Origin: an uncultured Acidimicrobiia bacterium | GTDB taxonomy: Bacteria; Actinomycetota; Acidimicrobiia; UBA2766 | DNA: 64,000 nt | Direction: 5' to 3' | NCBI GenBank assembly: GCA_964370965.1 | Contig: CAYJLW010000013.1 | Span: forward strand, 5,696-69,695 | Shown here: in pieces, positions 56,906 to 64,000 of the stretch | Numbering within the stretch: position 1 is the stretch's first letter | Layout of the letters: every line of letters starts with the position of its first letter | Translations under genes and position numbers: made by a program | The notes under the pieces: generated by a model | What the model saw: only the letters and a program-made list of their open reading frames with translations | Databases searched by the model: none | What the model was told of the DNA's origin: nothing

Positions 56906-57054
56906 GGAGCCCTGTAGCCTACGTGAGCCCACCGGCACCGCCGTTCCCGGTTTCCACCCGCCGGTGGCCGCAGGACCGCCGCTTGCGCCGGTGGGGGCCG
57001 TCGGCCAGACTGCCCTCCTGATTCCAGGCGGCTGCAGCAGACACAGGGGTTGCC

Positions 57055-58014
57055 GTGGCACTGCAGGGCACGTTCGAGACGGTTCGTTCCTTCGACGGAA
57101 CCAGGCTGGCCTACGCCGTCTGGGGACCTGCCGTTCCTCCCGGGGAGCAGGCGCCCACCGTCATCCTCGCCAACGGCATCGCCTGCACCGACACGTACTG
57201 GGGCGCTCTCGTGCCCTTCCTCGTCGAGCACGGCCACAGGGTCGTGTTCTTCGACTACCGGGGCCACGGCCGCTCCGGGGCGCCGAGGAACCCGAACGAG
57301 ATCGGCGTCCCGTCCCACGCCCGGGACCTCTGGCGGGTCGCCGACGAGACCGGGTCCGGCCCCGCCGTCCTCGTGGGCCACTCGATGGGTTCCCAGACGA
57401 TCCTGGAGGCCTACCGCCAGCAGCCCGCACGGGTGGCCGGACTCGTCCCGGTGGCGGGCCCCTACGAGCATCCTCTGGACACGTTCATGGGCTCTCCCGC
57501 CATGCACTACATGTTCCCGTTCTTGCAGTTCGGCATGGAGCCCGTGCCGTGGCTGACGCGGGCGCTGTGGCGGGCGGCAGGCAGCAACACGACCTGGCCG
57601 TACGTGGTGGGCCGGGCGAGCCGCATGATCGGACCAAACGCCGGGCGGGACCTCATGGACGAGTACTTCCGCCACCTCGCCCGCCTCGACCCGATCCTCC
57701 TCATGCGCATGGCGCGCGAGATGCAGGCCCACAGCGCCCGCGACCTCCTCGCCGACGTCGAAGTCCCGGTCGTCGTCGTCGCCGGCAAGCACGACGTCAT
57801 GACCCCGCCCCGCGTCGCCAGGGAGATGGTCGCCGTGATCCCTGACGCCTCCCTGGATCTGTTCCAGGACTCCGGCCACACCCTCCCCGCCGACGAACCC
57901 GACCACCTCAACGACGTCGTGCTGGGCTTTCTCCGGGAACGCGCCGGGTTCGTCCCCCTCCCTGCGCGCAAGGCCCGCATCACCCCCCAACGGTCCGGCA
58001 CCCAGCCGGGCTGA
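57055..58014 (+). CDS. alpha/beta-fold hydrolase
   Basis: GHSMGS nucleophile elbow and HGRSG oxyanion region. GTG start at 57055. Confidence 0.75.
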   Translation: MALQGTFETVRSFDGTRLAYAVWGPAVPPGEQAPTVILANGIACTDTYWGALVPFLVEHGHRVVFFDYRGHGRSGAPRNPNEIGVPSHARDLWRVADETGSGPAVLVGHSMGSQTILEAYRQQPARVAGLVPVAGPYEHPLDTFMGSPAMHYMFPFLQFGMEPVPWLTRALWRAAGSNTTWPYVVGRASRMIGPNAGRDLMDEYFRHLARLDPILLMRMAREMQAHSARDLLADVEVPVVVVAGKHDVMTPPRVAREMVAVIPDASLDLFQDSGHTLPADEPDHLNDVVLGFLRERAGFVPLPARKARITPQRSGTQPG

Positions 58015-58036
58015 GCGCCCGCGGAATCAGACCCTC

Positions 58037-58681
58037 TCAGCCCCGGGTGTAGGACGAGGGGCAGAAGTCCTGCAGCACGCACACGTCGCAGCGGGGCTTC
58101 CGGGCGGTGCACACGCCCCGGCCGTGGAGGATGAGGCGGAGGCCGAAGTCCGTCCACTCCGACTCCGGGAGGAGACCGCAGAGGTCGCGCTCGATCTTCA
58201 CCGCCTCGGTGTGCTCGGTGAGGCCGAGGCGGCGGGCAAGACGGGCGACGTGGGTGTCCACGGCGATCCCGGGCAGGCCGAACGCCACGCCCCTGATGAC
58301 GTTCGCGGTCTTGCGACCCACGCCCGGGATCGTCACGAGATCTTCCATGTCGCGGGGAACCTCGCCCCCGAAGCGTTCCACAACGGCGGTGGCGGCGCCC
58401 TTGATCGAGCGGGTCTTGTTCCGGAAGAAGCCCGTGGGCCGCACGGCGTCCTCGACGTCCTCCGGTGCGGCGGCGACGAACGCCTCCGGGTCCGGGCACG
58501 CGGCGAAGAGCGCCGGCGTGACCCGGTTCACCCGCTCGTCCGTGCACTGGGCGGACAGGATCGTGGCCACCAGCAGCTCCCACGGTGAGGCGAACACCAG
58601 GGCGCACTCCGCCGGGTAGTCGGCGGCGAGGCGGGCGGCGGCCTCACGGGCACGGCCTTTCGGCGAGCGGGGGCGACCCAT
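58037..58681 (-). CDS. nth: endonuclease III
   Basis: HhH-GPD block LVTIPGVGRKTANV and a C-terminal 4Fe-4S motif C-X6-C-X2-C-X5-C. ATG at 58681. Confidence 0.85.
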   Translation of the reverse strand: MGRPRSPKGRAREAAARLAADYPAECALVFASPWELLVATILSAQCTDERVNRVTPALFAACPDPEAFVAAAPEDVEDAVRPTGFFRNKTRSIKGAATAVVERFGGEVPRDMEDLVTIPGVGRKTANVIRGVAFGLPGIAVDTHVARLARRLGLTEHTEAVKIERDLCGLLPESEWTDFGLRLILHGRGVCTARKPRCDVCVLQDFCPSSYTRG

Positions 58682-58813
58682 GCCGGCGAGGCTAACGGGG
58701 CGGCCCCGGTGGCGTCGCACCGGAGGGAGCCGGCATCCCGACGTCGAAGAAGACCGCAGAAGACCACAGCGCACGTCACCCCGGTCCTTCGTCGCGAGAC
58801 CCCTCGGAGCCCC

Positions 58814-59440
58814 ATGCAGCAGATCACGAAGCTTTTCGAGCGCCTGTTCACCTGGGCGATCGACCATCTCCCCATGCCCGCCGGCCTCCGGCGCACCCTC
58901 TCGGGCCGGCGCGACGTCGTCGAGGAGATGGCGAAGTTCCTCTTCACCGGCGGCGTCGCCACCCTGGTGTTCTCGGTCGCGTTCAACGGCGGATGGTGGA
59001 TCCTGGAGCGTGCCGGTGTGTCCGCCGAGATCCTCGACAAGACGTGCTTTCTCCTCGGCCAGTTCGTCGCGGTTCTCGTGGCCTACTTCATGTCGTTCAA
59101 GTTCGTGTTCACCAACGACAGCGGCCGCAAACGCTTCACGGAGGCCGTCCTCTTCTTCGGGCTGGCGGCGGTGGCGATCGCATGGGGCATGGGCGCCCTC
59201 GCCCTCTTCGAGGCGATCGTGGGCCACCACCTCGGCCAGCTCGAGGCGTTCCTGGTGAGCGCGGTGGCGATCGTGACGTCCTGGGGCCTACGCTTCTTCC
59301 TCGCCCGCAACTTCGTGTTCCGGGCGCACCTCGACCGTCCCGCCGTGAGCGTCGTCACCGAGCTCGCCCACGTCTCCGAGGAGGCCCACGAGGGCGACTC
59401 CTCCGGCAACGAGCCCGCCGAGCGCGCCGGTCGGCAATAG
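58814..59440 (+). CDS. GtrA-family membrane protein (polysaccharide-synthesis associated)
   Basis: Four hydrophobic helices with the GtrA-like pattern (KFLFTGGVATLV...FVFRAH). Confidence 0.6.
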   Translation: MQQITKLFERLFTWAIDHLPMPAGLRRTLSGRRDVVEEMAKFLFTGGVATLVFSVAFNGGWWILERAGVSAEILDKTCFLLGQFVAVLVAYFMSFKFVFTNDSGRKRFTEAVLFFGLAAVAIAWGMGALALFEAIVGHHLGQLEAFLVSAVAIVTSWGLRFFLARNFVFRAHLDRPAVSVVTELAHVSEEAHEGDSSGNEPAERAGRQ

Positions 59441-59584
59441 GCCGGCCCATGCGAAGCGCACCGGCGTCTGCGGCTCCTGACGCACGTGCCTCGCGTGGCA
59501 CCCCCCGGCCGCGACCGGCGCTCCCCGACCCCCCGCCGAACGGGAGTGCGGACCCCCCGGGAGTCCGCGCTACAGTCCGAAACG

Positions 59585-60109
59585 ATGGAGTTGCTCCTCG
59601 TCCGCCACGCCAAGGCGCTCCCCCGCCACCGCTGGGACGGCCGTGACGTCGACCGGCCGCTGAACGACAAGGGCGTGGCCCAGGCCGCCGAGCTGGCCCG
59701 CCGCCACGCCGGCCGACGCGTCGCCGCCGTCTACTCCAGCCCGTCGGTGAGATGCGTCGACACCGTCGCTCCCCTCGCCGAGACCTGCGGCCTCGGCGTG
59801 AAGGAGGAACCGCTCCTGGGCGACCTCGCCTCCGCCGATCCGCCCGCGCAAGCCCTCCGCGATTCCGAGAGCGCCCTCGGCTGGCTCGGCGAAAGGGGTC
59901 TCCGCTTCTGCCGGCAGGCCGCCGCCGCCCACGCCGGCGAGGTCGTCGTGGCCTGCTCCCACGGCGACCTCATCCCCGTCACGCTCGACCTCCTCTTCAC
60001 ACACGACGGCGTCGAGGTGGACGGCTCCGGCATCGAGAAGGGCTCGGTGTGGACGCTGCGGTTCGAGGGCGGCGTCTGCACCGGCGGCCAGTACGCGCCG
60101 GCGCCGTAG
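59585..60109 (+). CDS. histidine-phosphatase-superfamily protein (SixA/PGAM-like)
   Basis: LLLVRHAKA phosphohistidine motif and C-terminal ACSHGD. Confidence 0.7.
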   Translation: MELLLVRHAKALPRHRWDGRDVDRPLNDKGVAQAAELARRHAGRRVAAVYSSPSVRCVDTVAPLAETCGLGVKEEPLLGDLASADPPAQALRDSESALGWLGERGLRFCRQAAAAHAGEVVVACSHGDLIPVTLDLLFTHDGVEVDGSGIEKGSVWTLRFEGGVCTGGQYAPAP

Positions 60110-60112
60110 GCC

Positions 60113-61165
60113 GTGCCCCCGACGCTTCTGGAACTCGCCGACGACGCTCTCGCCGCTCTCGTCGGTCCCCCCGCCTACCGCCTCGGTCAGGTCAAGCACT
60201 GGATCTACCGCAAGGCGGTCGGCAGCGTGGACGAGATGACCGACCTGCCCAGGGCGCTTCGCGAACGCCTCGCCCCCGCCGGTGTCGACCCGCTGCGCCC
60301 CCTCGCCGTGCGCAGCGCCGACGGCGACATGACCGTGAAGTGGCTCCTCGACGCGGGCGGCGCCGAGATCGAGACCGTCCTCCTGCGCTACTCCCGGCGG
60401 GCCACCGTGTGCGTCTCCTCGCAGGCGGGCTGTGCCATGGGCTGCCCGTTCTGCGCCACGGGCCGGGACGGCTTCCAGCGGCATCTCAACGCCGGAGAGA
60501 TCGTCGCCCAGGTCCTCGTCGCCCAGCGCCACCTGCGCGCGGCTGACGACCGCGGCCCCGACCACGTCACCAACGTCGTGTTCATGGGCATGGGGGAACC
60601 CCTCGCCAACTACGACAACGTGCTCTCGGCGATCCACCGCCTCACCGCGGACGTCGGCCTCTCCGCCCGCTCGATCACCGTCTCCACGATCGGGATCCCC
60701 GACGCCATCCGCCGCCTGGCGACGGACGCGCCCCCGGTCACGCTCGCCCTCAGCCTGCACGCCCCCGACGACGCCCTCCGCGACGAGCTCGTGCCCCCGA
60801 ACCGCCGCTGGCCCGTCGCCGCCGTGCTCGACGCCGTGCGCGACTACCGGGCGGCCGGAGGACGACGCGTGACGGTGGAGTACACGCTCATACGTGACGT
60901 GAACGACTCGCCCGCACAGGCGGCGGCTCTCGCCGGACTCCTGCGTCCCCTGCGGGTACACGTGAACTGCATCCCCATGAACCCCACGGGCGACCCCCGC
61001 CACCGCCCGCCCGACCGGGCCCGGGTGGCGGCGTTCGCCTCCGCCGTGCGCGCCGCCGGCGTGAACACGACCGTGCGCCAGAACCGGGGCCGCGAGGTCG
61101 ACGGCGCCTGCGGGCAACTCCGGCGCCGCCCCTCCCTGGACGCCACAGCGGAGGTCGCCCACTAA
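60113..61165 (+). CDS. rlmN: 23S rRNA m2A2503 / tRNA methyltransferase RlmN (radical SAM)
   Basis: CAMGCPFC radical-SAM cluster motif, GMGEP, and C-terminal conserved ACGQL. Confidence 0.85.
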   Translation: MPPTLLELADDALAALVGPPAYRLGQVKHWIYRKAVGSVDEMTDLPRALRERLAPAGVDPLRPLAVRSADGDMTVKWLLDAGGAEIETVLLRYSRRATVCVSSQAGCAMGCPFCATGRDGFQRHLNAGEIVAQVLVAQRHLRAADDRGPDHVTNVVFMGMGEPLANYDNVLSAIHRLTADVGLSARSITVSTIGIPDAIRRLATDAPPVTLALSLHAPDDALRDELVPPNRRWPVAAVLDAVRDYRAAGGRRVTVEYTLIRDVNDSPAQAAALAGLLRPLRVHVNCIPMNPTGDPRHRPPDRARVAAFASAVRAAGVNTTVRQNRGREVDGACGQLRRRPSLDATAEVAH

Positions 61166-61175
61166 CCTGGGCGCC

Positions 61176-61541
61176 GTGAACGACTTCCGATGGTTCAACC
61201 AGGGCCAACCCCAGACCCTGCAGATCGCCACGTTCCTGTGCTACTTCAACGGGGTCTTCGGCCTGCTCTTCGGCATCGGCCTCGGCCTCTGGGCCCTCGT
61301 GGGCGTCCTGTTCGCGCTGGGCTGGATCGCCTCCGCCCTGGGGATCGCGAACGACAAGCGTCCCGGCTACTACCTGGGTGTCGTCCTCGCCACCCTGACG
61401 CTCGGGTTCAGCCTCTTCAGCCTCTTCACGGGGGGCGCCGTGATCTTCGCCCTCATCCTGAACCTCATCTTCGAGATCGCCCTCTTCGCCGCTCTCATCC
61501 ACCCGCAGTCCCGGGAGTACCAGAAGGTCTGGTTCCACTAG
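61176..61541 (+). CDS. small integral membrane protein (3-4 TM helices), unknown function
   Basis: 121 aa, strongly hydrophobic with GC3-rich codon usage. GTG start. Confidence 0.45.
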   Translation: MNDFRWFNQGQPQTLQIATFLCYFNGVFGLLFGIGLGLWALVGVLFALGWIASALGIANDKRPGYYLGVVLATLTLGFSLFSLFTGGAVIFALILNLIFEIALFAALIHPQSREYQKVWFH

Positions 61542-61597
61542 ACCCTCGCAGTCCCCCGGTCCCCGGCTCGCGATGCCCCCGTTCCGTACGCCCCCTC

Positions 61598-61637
61598 CCG
61601 GGGAGCGCGAGCACGGGTGCCCGGCTGCGCTCCCCGG
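61598..61637. terminator. bidirectional hairpin (11-bp stem CCGGGGAGCGC / GCGCTCCCCGG, 18-nt loop) between convergent genes
   Basis: Seen directly in the sequence. No U-tract, which is typical of high-GC intrinsic terminators. Confidence 0.4.
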
Positions 61638-61652
61638 CCGGGACGGCCGCCT

Positions 61653-62897
61653 CTACCAGGGAGGCAGCGGGTATGTGAGGGGCGTCTTCGCGTCGCTCTC
61701 GGGGAACTCCACTGCGGTCTCGCCGTCCTTCGTCCACTGCAGGACCACGAGCTTGAGTGGGGCGGCGTGGTCCTTGTCGAACTTCACGCTCCCGCTCACG
61801 TACTCGCCGTCTGTCTTGGAGAGCTCGTCGCCGATCGCCTTCGGCTCGGTGCTGCCTGCCTTGGAGATGGCATCCATGAGGACCTGGGCGATCGTGTAGG
61901 CGTCCGTGACCTGGCCGATCTCGACGTTGCCCTTGGCCTCCTTGGCGAACGTCTTCTCCACGAAGGCGGTGTCCGGGTAGCCGAGCTCGGGCGCCCACCA
62001 GCCCGTCGCCATCGTGCCCGTGGCGTCGGTCTCCAGACCGGCCCACCAGGCGCCGCTGTTCGCGGCCTTCTCCACGAACGCCGCCTTGGGCTTCCAGTCC
62101 AGCGCCTTCATCTGCTTCCAGAGTGCGATGGCGTCCGGGGGAATCATCTGGGCGATCATGATGTCCGCCCCGGACTGCTGCGCCTTGCGGATGAAGTCGC
62201 CGTAGTCGGTCGTGCCCACCGGGAACGTGGCGTGGTAGGCGATCGTGTAGCCGTTCTTGGCGGCGTTGTCGGTCCAGAGCTTGCCCATGACCTCGCCGTC
62301 CTGCTCCTGGTCCGTGAAGAGGGCGACCCTCTTGTTGGACTCCACGCGGTCCATGGTCTTGTAGGCGAGCTGGGTCATCTCGGGCTCGTCGAAGAACATG
62401 ACGTAGGACCACTTGTAGCCGCCCTTGGGCGCCGCGGACAGGAACGCCCGGATCGGCGTCCCGGTGACCACGAGGGGGATGCCCCGGGCCTCGGCCACCT
62501 GGGCGACGGGGATGTTCTGTGGCGGCGTGACGGAGCCCAGGAGGGCCACGGCCTTGTCCTTCAGGATGAGCTCGTTGGCGTTCTCCGACGCCTTCTTCGG
62601 GTCGCTCTGGTCGTCGAGGATCTTCAGCTCCACGGGACGCTTCCCGCTCCCCACCTTCAGGCCGCCGGCGTCGTTCACCTTCTTCACGGCCGTCTCGTAG
62701 CCCAGCTTCGTGAGGACGCCGAAGCGCTCGAACGCGCCCGTCATGGGCAGGCTGGCCCCGATGACGACGGGGTCGCCTTTCGCCCCGCTCCCTCCCCCGC
62801 TCTTGTCCGTGCTCTCACATGCGCCCACGCTCAGGGCGAGGGTCGCCACGACGAGGGTCAGGATCGCGACCCTGCTCCGCCGGTACCTGGTGGTCAT
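61653..62897 (-). CDS. ABC transporter substrate-binding lipoprotein (Liv/branched-chain amino-acid type)
   Basis: ATG at 62897 behind AGGAGG. Lipobox LSVGAC after a signal peptide. Periplasmic-binding-protein type I fold blocks. Confidence 0.8.
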   Translation of the reverse strand: MTTRYRRSRVAILTLVVATLALSVGACESTDKSGGGSGAKGDPVVIGASLPMTGAFERFGVLTKLGYETAVKKVNDAGGLKVGSGKRPVELKILDDQSDPKKASENANELILKDKAVALLGSVTPPQNIPVAQVAEARGIPLVVTGTPIRAFLSAAPKGGYKWSYVMFFDEPEMTQLAYKTMDRVESNKRVALFTDQEQDGEVMGKLWTDNAAKNGYTIAYHATFPVGTTDYGDFIRKAQQSGADIMIAQMIPPDAIALWKQMKALDWKPKAAFVEKAANSGAWWAGLETDATGTMATGWWAPELGYPDTAFVEKTFAKEAKGNVEIGQVTDAYTIAQVLMDAISKAGSTEPKAIGDELSKTDGEYVSGSVKFDKDHAAPLKLVVLQWTKDGETAVEFPESDAKTPLTYPLPPW

Positions 62898-62951
62898 GCA
62901 GCCTCCTATTCCGTGCTGTCTCCGCTGCTGGCCGAACAACTCACACTCGCG

Positions 62952-64000
62952 TCACGCCCTGTCGCCACCTCCCGCGTCCGACGGAAGATCGCCGGGCTCC
63001 GGCGGCCGCACGCCGCCGGTCGCGCGGACGTAGATCTCGGCGAGCTCGTCCTTGCTGCCCCGGATGTGGCGGGCTGTGTCGCGGAAGACCACGTTCCCCC
63101 GCTCCATGACGTAGGCCTCCTCGGCGATCTCCAGGGCCTCCCCGACGTGCTGCTCCACGACGACGAGGGTGAGGCCCCGGGCGAGCATGAGGCGGAGGCT
63201 GTCGTAGATGCGCATCGCCACCTGGGGGGTGAGGCCGAGGGAGAGCTCGTCGACTACGAGCAGGCGGGGGTCCGCCATGAGGGAGCGCCCGATGCCGAGC
63301 ATCTGCTGCTGGCCGCCGGAGAGGGTCCCCGCCTGTTGGCGGGTGCGCTCGGCGAGCTCCGGGAAGAGCGCCAGGACGGAGTCGAGGCGCTCCTCCCTGG
63401 CGCGCCTCCCGGCGGCCACGGCGCCGAGCTCCAGGTTCTCCACCACGCTCTGGTCCGCGAAGACGTGACGGCCCTCGGGGCACAGCGCCATGCGGGCCTC
63501 CCGCACACGGCGCTCCGTCGCCCAGGTCGTGACGTCCTCGCCGTCCACGAGCACCGACCCGCCCGCCGGGCGCACCAGCCCCATGAGCGCCCGGCACAGG
63601 GTGCTCTTGCCGGCGCCGTTGGGCCCGAGCACCGCCACGGCCTCCCCCTCGCGGACGGAGAGGCTGACGCCGTTGAGTGCCCGCACCTTGGCGTAGCTCA
63701 CGTGCAGGTCCCGGACCTCGACCAGGGCTCGCGGGGGGCCGTCGCTGTTGCGCCCGGGAGCGGCGGCGGCGGGGACCGCAGCGGACGCCATGACGGCCGT
63801 CTCGGCACCGTCGGACCCCGCCGCCTTCCCGGCTGCCGGCGGGGCGGCGGCCGCCGGTTCCCTGTCTACGCCGAGGTACGCGTCGATGACGACCGGGTCG
63901 CGGGCAACCTCCTCAGGCGTCCCGGATGCCCTGACGTGGCCCATGTCCATGACGACGACGCGGTCGGCGACCTCCATGATGAAGTCGATCACGTGCTCGA
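62952..64000 (-). CDS. ABC transporter ATP-binding protein, LivF-like, in-frame with a LivG-like C-terminus upstream (possible LivG-LivF fusion; partial at window end)
   Basis: Walker A GPNGAGKST, signature LSGGQQQML, Walker B LLVVDE, and H-loop. The upstream in-frame segment ...DPVVIDAYLG resembles a LivG C-terminus with no intervening stop. An internal ATG at 63791 could start a separate LivF. Confidence 0.7.
   Translation of the reverse strand, partial: EHVIDFIMEVADRVVVMDMGHVRASGTPEEVARDPVVIDAYLGVDREPAAAAPPAAGKAAGSDGAETAVMASAAVPAAAAPGRNSDGPPRALVEVRDLHVSYAKVRALNGVSLSVREGEAVAVLGPNGAGKSTLCRALMGLVRPAGGSVLVDGEDVTTWATERRVREARMALCPEGRHVFADQSVVENLELGAVAAGRRAREERLDSVLALFPELAERTRQQAGTLSGGQQQMLGIGRSLMADPRLLVVDELSLGLTPQVAMRIYDSLRLMLARGLTLVVVEQHVGEALEIAEEAYVMERGNVVFRDTARHIRGSKDELAEIYVRATGGVRPPEPGDLPSDAGGGDRA

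Noticed and set aside
1-64000. CRISPR arrays, rRNA or tRNA genes
   Set aside because: No regularly spaced direct repeats were seen, and no low-GC cloverleaf-sized segments. The only sizeable non-coding stretches are promoters or leaders. tRNAscan or Infernal could not be run.

Overview
This is a 64 kb segment of a high-GC chromosome (roughly 70% GC, many GTG starts and 4-bp GTGA/ATGA overlaps), consistent with Actinobacteria-like gene organisation. The only taxonomic evidence is that the his operon order matches the Mycobacterium tuberculosis layout I recall (which has an extra impA), so the actinobacterial assignment is an inference from GC content and gene order, not a database match. Most genes are on the minus strand. 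Housekeeping content: a contiguous histidine operon (hisD-hisC-hisB-hisH-hisA/priA-hisF-hisI) followed by trpE; a pentose-phosphate block (tkt-tal-pgi-gnd-pgl plus a separately promoted zwf, with no opcA visible); nth; rlmN; msrA; and a Liv-type ABC transporter. Accessory and unusual content includes: a low-GC restriction-modification island (C5-cytosine methyltransferase plus a translationally coupled putative endonuclease); two loci that each pair a molybdopterin bis-MGD oxidoreductase with tandem CrtI/phytoene-desaturase-family flavoproteins, where one molybdoenzyme copy is only a frameshifted C-terminal remnant; a five-gene operon crtI-like/SCP2/crtI-like/SCP2-TM/cofD that links these flavoproteins to lipid-carrier proteins and an F420-biosynthesis gene; two tandem VapBC-type toxin-antitoxin modules wedged between the intact molybdoenzyme and its CrtI-like pair; a BrnT/BrnA-like toxin-antitoxin module with a frameshifted toxin next to an ISL3-transposase N-terminal remnant; an orphan HypF carbamoyltransferase beside a WS/DGAT acyltransferase and a DUF763 protein; several strong AT-rich palindromic operators; and peculiar G/C homopolymer hairpin tracts at convergent gene ends, one of which (30313-30400) leaves two gene ends without stops and may be an assembly artefact. 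Several gene remnants (a mutarotase, an FAD-oxidoreductase N-terminus, the molybdoenzyme tail, the IS fragment, the toxin frameshift) indicate ongoing gene decay. No rRNA, tRNA or CRISPR array was recognised. All calls rest on motif recognition by eye, with no database searches.
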